64,000 bases of DNA from an uncultured virus (IMG/VR IMGVR_UViG_3300025121_000046) (taxonomy: Duplodnaviria > Heunggongvirae > Uroviricota > Caudoviricetes > Crassvirales): IMG/VR virus record IMGVR_UViG_3300025121_000046, one strand, 5' to 3'. A program made the translations under genes and the position numbers. The notes beneath the pieces are model-generated. The model had not been told where the DNA came from and did no database searches. It worked only from the letters and a program-made list of their open reading frames with translations. Below, one piece after another: positions 15,001 to 20,672 of this stretch; positions within the stretch are counted from its first letter, which is position 1, and each line of letters opens with the position of its first letter.

Positions 15001-18000
15001 ATTTAATTCATTTTTTGCTTCATTGTTTTTCTTAACCAGTTCGATGATTTTCTCAACGAACGTACTGTCATAGGTATATTCTATACCATCCTGCTGAGCT
15101 TTTGATGCTTCGTTAAGAATTCCTTCAAGGATATCCTTGCCAATAGTCTTCTCGATAATACTGTAGATATCTTTATTAAGATCCGATACCTGATGTGTTT
15201 TCTTATCACGGTTAGTTATAAGACCTATGGCATTAAATAGCGAAGCGGAATAATTGATCCTGCTTTTCATATCAATCACGCTCATCTTTTCCCGGGCCTC
15301 AGCAGCTTTAGGTCTTAATGTATTAAGATCCTCTATCGCCCTGTCGATCTTCTCAAGAAACCCCTTAAATTCATTCGTGGTGAGCAATCTCCTTCTGCCA
15401 GGGGAACTATATATCTGTTTTCTTCTATCAAGTTCTGTCAAAGCATTGTCAATAGCTGAAACATCATTATACTTATCATTACCCCTGGCTGCATGTATTA
15501 TATCCTTAGCTGTATCTATAGGCTGATCAGCAAACTCTCTTTGAAACTTACGATATGTTTTCTTCTGATCCTTCGCGAATGTTTTATCTTCAAGTTCCGG
15601 GATATTAGATAATATATCCTGAAATGACTGTGATGAACGTTCATGATCCAGACGAAGAGCCTCTCTTGTATCTATCTTCTTCTGTAATTTTATTGCTTCG
15701 TTATTAAGCTTCTCAAAATCTGGTCCTGGTTGTTTCGGACCAAAAGGTATTCCATCCTCATCAACAGGTTGGACCATGCTACCTTCTCTTGCTGCTTCGG
15801 CTTGTCTCTCCCACTCTTCTGCCTGGTTCTTTGTCCTGTTAAGATATGATCCTCTCTGGTTTATAAGTGACTGTACCTTATCAAGATCTTCTTTGGAATA
15901 ATAATCACCATTTGATATATTGTTAACAACGGTGTTAATAACATCAGATATAGGCTTCCTGCCTTTTACTGCTTCTTCTACATCCTTTGCTGTCTGAGCT
16001 TTCCTACGATAGTTCTTTCCTATATCATGGAAATAGTTATACATGGCGCCAAACTCATTAGACATATCCGGCGCAAGGCCATCGGCTACATCCCTGGCAA
16101 ACCTGGTAGAAAAAGGATTCTTGGTACCATTGATATAAAAATACTCATCCTGTTCATACTGTGCTCTCTCAATATCTTTCTGAGTAACTTTTGAATCCGG
16201 TTGTTGCTGATCTTTTTTAAGTTGCGTAACCTTGTCCCTGGCATTGGCTTTCATGAACTGCTCATTAAGATAATCCGTGTATAACTTCTCACGGGTTTTC
16301 TTTTCAAGGATCTTCCCGGTCAGTCTCTCACTATCTTTTATAAGCTTTCGAATATCATCTTTCTGCTCATCTGAAATCTGGTCATTAGAAAGATAATCCT
16401 CATACATATTTCTCTTTACCTGTTCTCCAAAGAGTGTTTTTAAAGCTACTATATTAAACTCTTCTCTTGACTTCTCATTCTTAAAGTCTTCAGCACTCAT
16501 GATCTGGTTACGTGCATTTTCAAATGCTTCACGCAAAGGTTTAATATCTGCCTTTGTAAACTTATTCTGATATCCTTTCTCTGCAAGTTCCTTTGGTATT
16601 GCCAGATCACGTTCCATCAGGAGATCATCTACTTCCTCAAGGTTAGTCATGCCCGGAGTAGTAGCATAGTTAAAATATAACCTTGCCAGGGCATCTTTAT
16701 TTATTGTCTCAAGGTGAATATTATCAGCATTGACTGTTGCTGCCATACCTTCATCAAAAAGAAGTTTATTATAAAGAGAATACATGAACATCCTCTCTGC
16801 CTTATCAATATCTATCTCAGTTTCATTATTTTCATTATAGTATGATTCTGTCTCTATATCCCTGACAGTACCATCTTCCTGTTGTTGTTTTATAGTTGAT
16901 TTGAAAGTCTTGTAAGGAGCTGCAATATGTTGTGAATACCACTTATCATGCTTATTCATCTCTCCCTTAAGGAAAGTATAAATATCTTCTTCCTCTTGTA
17001 TCTGTTTTCTTTCCCCTACTGCTGAAGCCCTGCCTCCAACACCACCAAAGAGACTACCAACCAAAGATCCAAGAACCATATTTTTTTGACCCTCTACAGT
17101 ACTAAAATTATCAATCCATTCATTTGCTATCCCAAGAGTATAGTCATCAATATTCTGTCCGAATGATTCTTTCCTCGTACTATATGTCTGAAGGGCATGT
17201 TGCATACCTTCTTCCCATAGACCTTCTGATACAAGTCCTGTTCCTATGCCTTTCAATGATTCTCCCCATAGCGATATATCTTTTGAAGCAATAGTTCCTG
17301 CGCGTACTCCTGTCCTCATCTCTGACGCTACCTGTCCGATCTTGCCGAACATAAACTTACTCTGAATGTAGTTAGGAACTATCAGTACTCCAAGGTTCCC
17401 TTTAAATACATTAGCTGCTCCGGTAGACACAACTCCATTTATCTTTGTCTGTTGTTCAGTAGTAAGCATCTCGAATGGCTTATCATAATCGCGCATTGAC
17501 ATCTTCTGCTTCTCACTGTCCTTAAAGTCTTTTGATTCAAACCCGGCTTCTCCTATTGAGTTCAGAAGTGTTGATCCATATACCTGAACTTTTTGGCCCA
17601 TTATCTTTGCAGCCTCTTTTGTTGCGCCTGCTCCTGCAAGAGCCTTTCCAAGACCAAGAGCTTTTGATGCAGCACCAATACCGGCTCCGGTAAGATATGC
17701 AGATCCAAGGAAAGCAAATGAATCAAAAAGATCATCAAACCAGAATGCAGGATCCTTCATCTGTTGTAACAGGTTTCCGTTTCTTGCACTATAGGATTTA
17801 TTAATCGGAAGGGATTCCCTGAGACCAGAATCCATCTTACTCATTGTATTTACAAAAGCATTATCCCATATAACATTAGGATCTGCTGTTTCCGGATCAT
17901 CAAGATAATCCATACCATAAGAAACAGCTCCGGCTATATGACCTACATTCTGAGCAAACTTAGGAATAAGACTTGTACCACGCGATACAAGGCCACTACC

Positions 18001-18252
18001 GAATTTATTAAAGAATGGTTGAACTTCAGCTTTCATTGACTCTTCATCCCATACAGGAACACCCTGTCCGATAAGATACTTTGCTTTACCGACAGATGTA
18101 TCCATATTAAAATAAGAACCAGGTCTTTGTTCTCTTTGTTTGAATAGCTTTATTGGTAATGGTTTTTCAACAGGAAGTCCTGTCCCTTGTTCTATTATTG
18201 GACTTTCAATATCCTGGGCATCAGGGTCTACCCAGTTTCTATTAGATATCAT
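1..18252 (-). CDS. Giant virion-packaged RNA polymerase polyprotein (crAss-like), at least 6084 aa, 3' end runs off the window; fused SF1 helicase, two zincin-like domains and PD-(D/E)XK nuclease
   Basis: ATG at 18252. Hand-translated segments all fall in the same minus frame: GLAGSGKT (14455-14478), ILLIDE, VFGDPSQ, MYTALSR (~13680); HETFH (11257-11271); GDGQGFM (~8300), GFRIPSS (~7350) and catalytic GSDFDVDSL (DFDVD 7234-7248); HEIVH (4084-4098); GTTD...IIDWKTG...QVMWY (~2780-2955); frame still open at 1-60. I did not check every codon, but the ORF track reports no stop-terminated ORF in this frame, consistent with no internal stop. Confidence 0.93.
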   Translation of the reverse strand, partial: MISNRNWVDPDAQDIESPIIEQGTGLPVEKPLPIKLFKQREQRPGSYFNMDTSVGKAKYLIGQGVPVWDEESMKAEVQPFFNKFGSGLVSRGTSLIPKFAQNVGHIAGAVSYGMDYLDDPETADPNVIWDNAFVNTMSKMDSGLRESLPINKSYSARNGNLLQQMKDPAFWFDDLFDSFAFLGSAYLTGAGIGAASKALGLGKALAGAGATKEAAKIMGQKVQVYGSTLLNSIGEAGFESKDFKDSEKQKMSMRDYDKPFEMLTTEQQTKINGVVSTGAANVFKGNLGVLIVPNYIQSKFMFGKIGQVASEMRTGVRAGTIASKDISLWGESLKGIGTGLVSEGLWEEGMQHALQTYSTRKESFGQNIDDYTLGIANEWIDNFSTVEGQKNMVLGSLVGSLFGGVGGRASAVGERKQIQEEEDIYTFLKGEMNKHDKWYSQHIAAPYKTFKSTIKQQQEDGTVRDIETESYYNENNETEIDIDKAERMFMYSLYNKLLFDEGMAATVNADNIHLETINKDALARLYFNYATTPGMTNLEEVDDLLMERDLAIPKELAEKGYQNKFTKADIKPLREAFENARNQIMSAEDFKNEKSREEFNIVALKTLFGEQVKRNMYEDYLSNDQISDEQKDDIRKLIKDSERLTGKILEKKTREKLYTDYLNEQFMKANARDKVTQLKKDQQQPDSKVTQKDIERAQYEQDEYFYINGTKNPFSTRFARDVADGLAPDMSNEFGAMYNYFHDIGKNYRRKAQTAKDVEEAVKGRKPISDVINTVVNNISNGDYYSKEDLDKVQSLINQRGSYLNRTKNQAEEWERQAEAAREGSMVQPVDEDGIPFGPKQPGPDFEKLNNEAIKLQKKIDTREALRLDHERSSQSFQDILSNIPELEDKTFAKDQKKTYRKFQREFADQPIDTAKDIIHAARGNDKYNDVSAIDNALTELDRRKQIYSSPGRRRLLTTNEFKGFLEKIDRAIEDLNTLRPKAAEAREKMSVIDMKSRINYSASLFNAIGLITNRDKKTHQVSDLNKDIYSIIEKTIGKDILEGILNEASKAQQDGIEYTYDSTFVEKIIELVKKNNEAKNELNKKTTEIINSRIETFAQHVMDMVKLYSLTTLEQYKKYPDSAFNDILEIIVNKFDPNLNITKANAIDDFFIDKDAIKLHTALKEGAPVVYNVDKKKLLELLETHISLLALDKLTRMLESKIKIEEIIEVENSLLNTEDKIPSNQQDIALREAIRELNISLTKTQSKQEYKGWYYLKGLAGSGKTTIFAKWLSRMMGFKPESVIGLSTHENALGVLKKSLEGVTNTGLVDTFDYQLLKDDKFNILLIDEVARLDASQLDMIAENVTKANETRKKPLRVYVFGDPSQSSNRNVDFPAINNFYGDMINVRHLNPLTAVFRSGNSAIISIQNRFLGVPSKVNTILGVADADLGNPANGVHISGSKADLKRQIAIHQKANQRSRVIVVSNEQDAKFYEGLGVDIMQYDAVAGLQYDEVYVDMDPKDFDTYLKAAQRKFNEGMYTALSRSKDYIFIKSYEKDPGAWRFRVHDIVPEDNKQRDIDIRNAFANRLEFEARIHGMTIKGAGVAPAQALKATGETEEQVPFSDIKDSPAEDEEMSIDNIPSTGGEFLLDLSDGNTRSVRFPSYYPIKSRDNKSDSTPYIRSGSKVKYIRVYNPDIKDYQIWIVAQQINIDGSPLPGPTGNGKWEQIGIMGQAELLEDDFGLDLLSRSEAAGNVSNSLSAGIEGTLKLETGPTILAEGTIRKAEQLSYTYSDTIQDQGTGFLKRLLAKAESIFSSPLKETLAFTIEMFSIKDKKLFPGVPYLIIQRKTTKDGEEHTRKEQFIRLTARKIRNSDNLMQKLSDFTSAIDTFEALGIGRLSEPGVNEFLKRFYKNFEVNADGEIQSIKDGNYKYKDYQDEFEERGFPNVTEEQFNKIAELSATIIPGFYGPGEQRVEVKSQEEMEQYLGPTELTNPDYTYEFKKHPKKQGGYILRKDNKSDIVEYVTDQNKLIAGKGTAQIALNILAKANSDNPWVIKKRITTYTDGKPSVKYITQAKHLLSEHNSSTNYYEHLLKIYKEMAREQISIGRGARDVTEFLDETKSFTDEENITRLETLLLQIKDNQQTLVEGISKQEFDELRKEHEVALVTSEQLHQILTFDQDGNHTSLNLPLMMNGPQGINELGKDINRNIVQLEDLLASKLSSINRTQIQIDLDKKPETAKDEPKTIGAKIDKAVNSVQDKIVNRRRTRNMLNVGQDPGEAITQEEARKLLEKFIPNISKEGKEVLYFVDEMTLSGMEDGRSLYGLYRDEVIWAMERGGMTFKKIIRHETFHKIFNEHLSQRERNMIVNAFRNQFKEYADRSVDEIEELLAEKFQDYQQKKLTTVDNILKRFFNWLAKNLGFINMNMNSLDRFFETIEGGYFTKSKYTGIGITRSMRNIISLYGQDTGSFSHAIDVYRNARAIIQDEFLRIHALGFDGFPVTRREMFDIAKDVITQDYIILLKEGKRLKKAKTSLNEIAENGKEAGYYKTVIDNYNLLVNDIYQNWDFSSAGEITVDTTISTEEIKEYYDKIVDRVNMKEHIMESDDFNQEAKMSAVVKDFLSNIKLATGKYMGWREAYIRTLQLFEGLQPENSEFIKQVEEQWRNNGKEPRSYAIVEYIKNLNNDARRINYGKDGTNLPNTMRFINENLFAFSENKDVSDVAGPAGASIIGSNTIARADNESTREYIIRLSSTYDLNIDDIKGHFEKYMNVNTYRSIINLFNNQKQKNLFLVEKKWEGAGTYAISYIPGSYFGPHLGIESQLKENIVDSLPDKDSVDKFVKGWWAPNKNEFKDNRLELIRSFLKKMGMGLLANNIQNVESDVTAIYNDLEGFISRISVLIGKAKETITQDAIESGEEAADLYYTTEDILAESGNLLRGLSRLMMYSNANLRATNVRDVAKKRKYMWSPSSFAHNVLFSLINTRELKGGSISLSIPNHLRSDYFKHNIFLTGKNKIFSVFDHDGIRNIGFNENLFGIKQKDESTQDFIVRTFVAGFIDRIRYSSEGREKYFQALYPNERNNVLGAKINVLTIAQVRTSIEDAIRQINSSPQLSGIKENNKSKFINLRLLQEVIGKRDIVKKPLSEEEITKYSDKVMDLLKREAEKAADTIIENKVPFDSDMFSMKNVKRILGEDVSMDGFINSNLRGKKKLRSVNNTTGEYLIDRDLIFPFVYSYVANNYINSYFLNQMILGDNNQFLNEEDVMRRFSLATAPGMKPIVNKVFGLPERVKFLIIGDQYKETGDIQTLLENILTKDELPKLPMLMKAFKDNFAIGDGQGFMLPERFEQLKNIGFGSEFSLGKILKPVVYSIGKDGTVRAIKYSSIVLSDELIKEFPSLGILRDNIRRSGSLEAVFGSGVKVGIPEVTASFSDMLTEGYVQDPELVKQMTFEVENDHYRIQLDPKAKIESKVRQPSQLIYLARVLANNQDVADRIYHHMAELERIGSDRFFSKFFNKKSIKGNILNLLEGAGNERAYDILSTDISIDFPAIIDKVIIQLASYLERNLVDIEFSGTKLVLQSEYGVRKFNQSVSAGPSGKLRYYRTNDGRLVAEVIVPRGLLPKEYEKQIEFAIANGEKARDYFDLPDLLGFRIPSSDIHSGIAIKVVGFYDTPGTNVIIAPDLLVALHGSDFDVDSLFVIKRETDKHKKLVGYTEKKGKWYYNENEENLIDINDLEKYHKNGVIHELLNMLSSKDNVFNMLSPIPLSEIKEEKKRVINMRKIVPHNDLSNYNDQITAHETIFGASAATGIFGNAAKALAYMIRTGKNRQMPKLRKEDNAFIFTDKDGKDRIYDTLSVFDETDQALFTSIDGFINASIDNIRELALPVLNINRKTIKGFITLRALGVPLRVVDDILQQPSILEYARKGNYKDVHAMIQQKLGNSANQDTGQVLISQDNLNAGIHSGARITDMNNATNDDGTINYTDYNNLVFQARILDEFKRMNEIGDAISKFAIWLKLARAIPNQMWEIDKIISDAKTLFGDIDIYGNLSSFDNTSFPFDISEFFIHNPHILQAFNSVKKYADVIRNSVKKYHPRFEKIVDTIYGTIDGMTLKKDEAREHIRNEFITYLLSNEIYSGEYKLDKDITFEYKYGKETRYLTGPKAMNQIFIKKIRALKNYLAKKTDAEGFPITNMFLSHLHDKYNHLTYTYDLVFNGGPSMDPMDILDLKKAFIELNKYEVEYDKETGSYIVTESTDQMADNDYSEFQKEFVSHGIMNWGLRFGASNYSIILPEDMYLKADILFNSLMDKFIEDDSEENWKNVEDDFLIQFMVNNGNLMQDVYFKEGSPIQTGTYVNEYGKTRSYYGGLTSRFFYDRSYDNPDKKHFKRFIITKYENRRTVYMRMNDADADTVYYQRIDMVSPFKYYNTSDVVLKGGYDSKDYFQSDLKTGQPTLNIAVSDINQPTFTYNGSDVNEGDIVSFTLHHDVTRTEKQYKRVISKRDNTYIVEPVELINASMHYERILSTADSIIEDVKKQVFKKGTPFRADNKGRGRILYAKHQLAEARTFKNKMNADQYGGYRVWRERQWQDGVEMYLDRDELMRFFARGDQERREQFYKINNIPFEKSAVIENNNNLIIENTVEDNKLEEAVAGATKIYSSEKNMESLIDSMIKRSKSSRRSKLLTTLKKRILQQDLKIRVGDLIKVGKYGEWDYDGNITLDLVNLYEDDGRLDIDKIDRILFHEIVHGLSVLGLLEDAKFSEDIMALINEHFSIDSKTGNLISLPHAKIAIQEYLVDNGYDPDTSTKDLMLFMGLRTKEEFIAELLSNDEFARIMNRVKREGEEKSLLRKIIDKILEFFNIGKDLSYDFLQIILHSPYTPSFTKEGEIFRSASGKAYSKVSMPFEVEVESVVATNVDEVRKAVLERAKKIQEISSRVKVDTDATGRELSTYSVNGITRKIRRITDNVGGAMSWFSNTKIDPNVSFGQHMADLRWGTVPHDHKFTIDGIEQNYDQYKERREKDFMQGMIKGNIMHLYFKKMFNKIFNLGYNETDILKKMNDIASMSEGSTRPEHYSWLEDKGIQDRILSQAGVNILKDPGRFPDALRDIIALPEQSIYSELLGIGGTTDSMIFHSDGKVSIIDWKTGQNFGKRFNAEAMKYGIQDIYISDNQRERAKLQVMWYAFLYKLEFPDMKFRDLMTVWVPGRFVAEREDMDRFVEVSSYLSMIKMFLNDKQALKDAGIDPNVMKKILEKSPKIFNVGEYTDKAGDELFENLKDSPFRPEEEYRRRVNEIQIILGKFVTDRKIRVDELPEWEKKRLAQLYREIAHIKSDPSLQLDVYPQGDIGWATQWIGNYSDVNMGIFQPWVKIRNERWNAYTQKHEMDLLRLNTFVEPILKEYMKGKLNISRGGYSRVANVNYAELFGFMYKEFEKNGVKEERLLTETDPEWKGLNKNKQDLLTFLNNTFASWFVGEKAYLNQQATVMKGKSYSWLDIFNKNKTEESKMKYYPGWFPKTMKTYEEINYEEGAKILGKIPGHGDIMGANIIGRFSAKRIKEAAKRQFTWFTEQEFEMYNDVTMSLPLKYMDNPIVINDRNYTKNAVYMFDQFNKSMLHKQYMDNVYVVGEALKVYLELQKYSNGQPMFENTAKFLEKKLIADIQNRVEPIKYTGKPITFGKANISPDKILEALVHWTSASIMWLRPVQGTGNAIFAKMLTHREALKGTIASKFLHIDGDAIDFTVSDNAFADGVYWGSFIKDAMIGDLRKNKMFLLARKLNYIPDNYDYATNRRFLLSTRNQALSESSMYKFYSIGEEYVSLTTMTAQMKHLKHPKTGKSLWDSYEVRTENGITDVYWIGGTRGYEKSGKSGAASYTPITELTGHEIAKLKKVHERMQGGYRKEEAANLELYVLGKAFVQFKRYFMRLVINALGSKREEVDLGTYKKMEESRIDPVTGEKMDVYEWLARTNEGRWRTLINVILTALKIGSPDYKWSSLSTEQKQNIVDAILSIGMIALSYAGYLALFDDKDDDDTFKKWWMNYIIQNQSQQYNPIEMLRTMETVTRPVSFARAFKFTEAFGQMMLASANLALGDKESAFTQKGQLRGWNEFMR

Positions 18253-18255
18253 ATC

Positions 18256-20661
18256 TTATCTGTTATTAATATAAAATAGAACTGCATTTCTATGATTCTC
18301 TCTGTGAGCAGCTGCAGTTGGCTTTTTTATTGTCCCTCTCTTTTCATTAACATCAATCCAGATATTATAAGCTTGCAGTTCTGCCATTACAGGATCGATA
18401 GCTCTTGATGTAGGATCAACTTGTGCAGGATAAACAATATAACCGTTAGGATTCTTTTTTTCATCATAGAGATTCGCGTAAGAAGCATCTTTGATATTAT
18501 TCGGATCTGCCTGGTATACTCTGAAGATTACTTCTGAGTCATCTGTCGTTCCAAGAAAATCTTCTGCAACATTCATCCATACATCGGTAGGTCTGCTTCC
18601 TTTTTTATTATCAATATTATTGAACCTGTCAATGGTTTCAAAGATAATTCCATCCTGAGTATTTAATGGACCCCTGACTGCGAAGAAATTACTTTCTCCT
18701 TTTGCTTGTGGAAGATTGAACGTATTTATATTATATGAAAGTCTGTTTTTCTCAACCTCCCTCTTATCTCCTTCTATAAGATAAAGACCATCGCTTGTAC
18801 TTATCTGGTACATGCCGGGACCATATTGACTTGTCTCGTCTTTTAACTTTCCAGTAACTTTAAATGTTTTGCCCTTTTTAAACAATGAATTCTTTTCATC
18901 AGCATCCATCTCTGGTTTATCCGGATTATTTAAATCAACAACCCTTTGTCCGGAAAATTGTGCAGAAGCTTCAGTATTAAGTTTTATCTCTCCATTTGCA
19001 TCTGGAACAATACCTGTAAATGCAGTTGTCCATTCCTCCATCATGTTTTTAGTATAATTAGGATCACCTGGCATAGACCATACTTCAATATCTGGACGAA
19101 CGCCTACTTCATTAATCTGGGAATCATATGCTTTATTGATTCTTTGAAGTGTATATTTTTGTTGTGGGGTTAAATTGTTTATATCATCAATCTTAACACT
19201 CTGATATAACTCACCTGGCAGGTTTCTTGTAGCATTATAAGCATATAATAATTTATTTTTCTCAACATCTGTTTGTTGAATCTTTTCATTTACTTTCTGA
19301 TCTTTAAGTTCTTCGTCTATCCAGGTCATTACCTCATCTTTCTTACTCTTAAGATCTTTCGCTTCTTTGCTATTCTTATCTGGCAGTGATGCAATCTTAG
19401 AATCAAAATAACTCTCTATGTAAGGTCTTGTTCCCCAGGGATCATCAAAGATCATTTTTTGCATAGTAGGCTTCCATCTATTTTCAGGACTCTTAAAGCC
19501 AAGAGAATAATCAGTTAATACCTTTCCTTCTTCGTCTCTTAAATTTTCTCCTGAAAACATAAGATCTGGATTTTCTGTAACCTTTTTATAATATTTTTGC
19601 CCTAACTCACTTTCATAAAACTTATCAACCTTACCGATACGATTACTCTTCCAGAATCCTATGTTTGATAATGACTTTAATTCTCCACCACCAGGAGTAT
19701 TTTGTAATGGAACTATTTTTTGCATAGGTGTTGAGAATATCTTATTAGATTCTTTTTCGGGTTCCTTTTTCGTTCCTGATGCTCTTCCGGAACTTTGACC
19801 TATAGGTGTAGTCTTTACATCTCTTTCATAGATCACATTCTCTTTTTGATATGGTTTGGTATATGGCATTATATCTTCAGGGGTGAGCTCAGAGACATGT
19901 TTTCCAGCAAGCTTTGCAAAATATCTTGCCTCAGGACCCTGTGATGATATGATATCTGCAACGGCTTTTTCTGTTGCCGGTCTCATCATCTCCTCGTTCC
20001 TTGATTGTATTGTCTCCTGCTGAGTATAGTTTACATTAACAGGATTACCTTCAGAATCAACTACCGGTTTTCCGGTATTCTTATCTATGAATGGCATCTG
20101 ATAACCTTCAAGATCCTTAGTGTCTACTTGTGCAGGAATATTTTTATATATATCTGTAAAATACCCTCGAAGATCAAGAAGAGGATCATATGGGCTATAC
20201 TGATCTCCTGACTTATATTGTCTATATTGTCCTGTATTAGGATCTACATTAGGATTAATCATGCCGGGTTTAGACTGAAGGATCATTTTCTTGTGAAGCT
20301 CACTATCCTGGTAGTCTTTCATTACAAGTTGAACATCAGGATCTCCATGAAAGTCTGCATTAATCCTTGTCAGTTCTCTCATTGCCGGTACAGAATATGT
20401 CGAATCACCATGTTTCTGCTGCCATGATTGTATTCTTTGCTTGTATCTATCTTTTACCTCTTGAGCAAGACCCTCGGAACTCAATCCACCAACTACAGAT
20501 CTGGATAATGCATCAATTTCACCAGCTGCTGCATCTGTCTTTTCAGCACGTTGTATCTTATCCTGTTCGAATCCTATTATTGATTCCCATGGAGTCTTAT
20601 CCTCTACAAACTGAGAAGTATATTCAGGAAGACTTGGATTATAAAACCGATTTATACCCAT
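18256..20661 (-). CDS. Putative virion cargo/ejection protein
   Basis: 801 aa ORF directly upstream of the giant RNAP gene; N-terminal 'NRFYNPSLPEYTSQFV' resembles crAss-like cargo protein N-termini; mainly a positional inference. Confidence 0.6.
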   Translation of the reverse strand: MGINRFYNPSLPEYTSQFVEDKTPWESIIGFEQDKIQRAEKTDAAAGEIDALSRSVVGGLSSEGLAQEVKDRYKQRIQSWQQKHGDSTYSVPAMRELTRINADFHGDPDVQLVMKDYQDSELHKKMILQSKPGMINPNVDPNTGQYRQYKSGDQYSPYDPLLDLRGYFTDIYKNIPAQVDTKDLEGYQMPFIDKNTGKPVVDSEGNPVNVNYTQQETIQSRNEEMMRPATEKAVADIISSQGPEARYFAKLAGKHVSELTPEDIMPYTKPYQKENVIYERDVKTTPIGQSSGRASGTKKEPEKESNKIFSTPMQKIVPLQNTPGGGELKSLSNIGFWKSNRIGKVDKFYESELGQKYYKKVTENPDLMFSGENLRDEEGKVLTDYSLGFKSPENRWKPTMQKMIFDDPWGTRPYIESYFDSKIASLPDKNSKEAKDLKSKKDEVMTWIDEELKDQKVNEKIQQTDVEKNKLLYAYNATRNLPGELYQSVKIDDINNLTPQQKYTLQRINKAYDSQINEVGVRPDIEVWSMPGDPNYTKNMMEEWTTAFTGIVPDANGEIKLNTEASAQFSGQRVVDLNNPDKPEMDADEKNSLFKKGKTFKVTGKLKDETSQYGPGMYQISTSDGLYLIEGDKREVEKNRLSYNINTFNLPQAKGESNFFAVRGPLNTQDGIIFETIDRFNNIDNKKGSRPTDVWMNVAEDFLGTTDDSEVIFRVYQADPNNIKDASYANLYDEKKNPNGYIVYPAQVDPTSRAIDPVMAELQAYNIWIDVNEKRGTIKKPTAAAHRENHRNAVLFYINNR

Positions 20662-20672
20662 TAGAGTAAATA

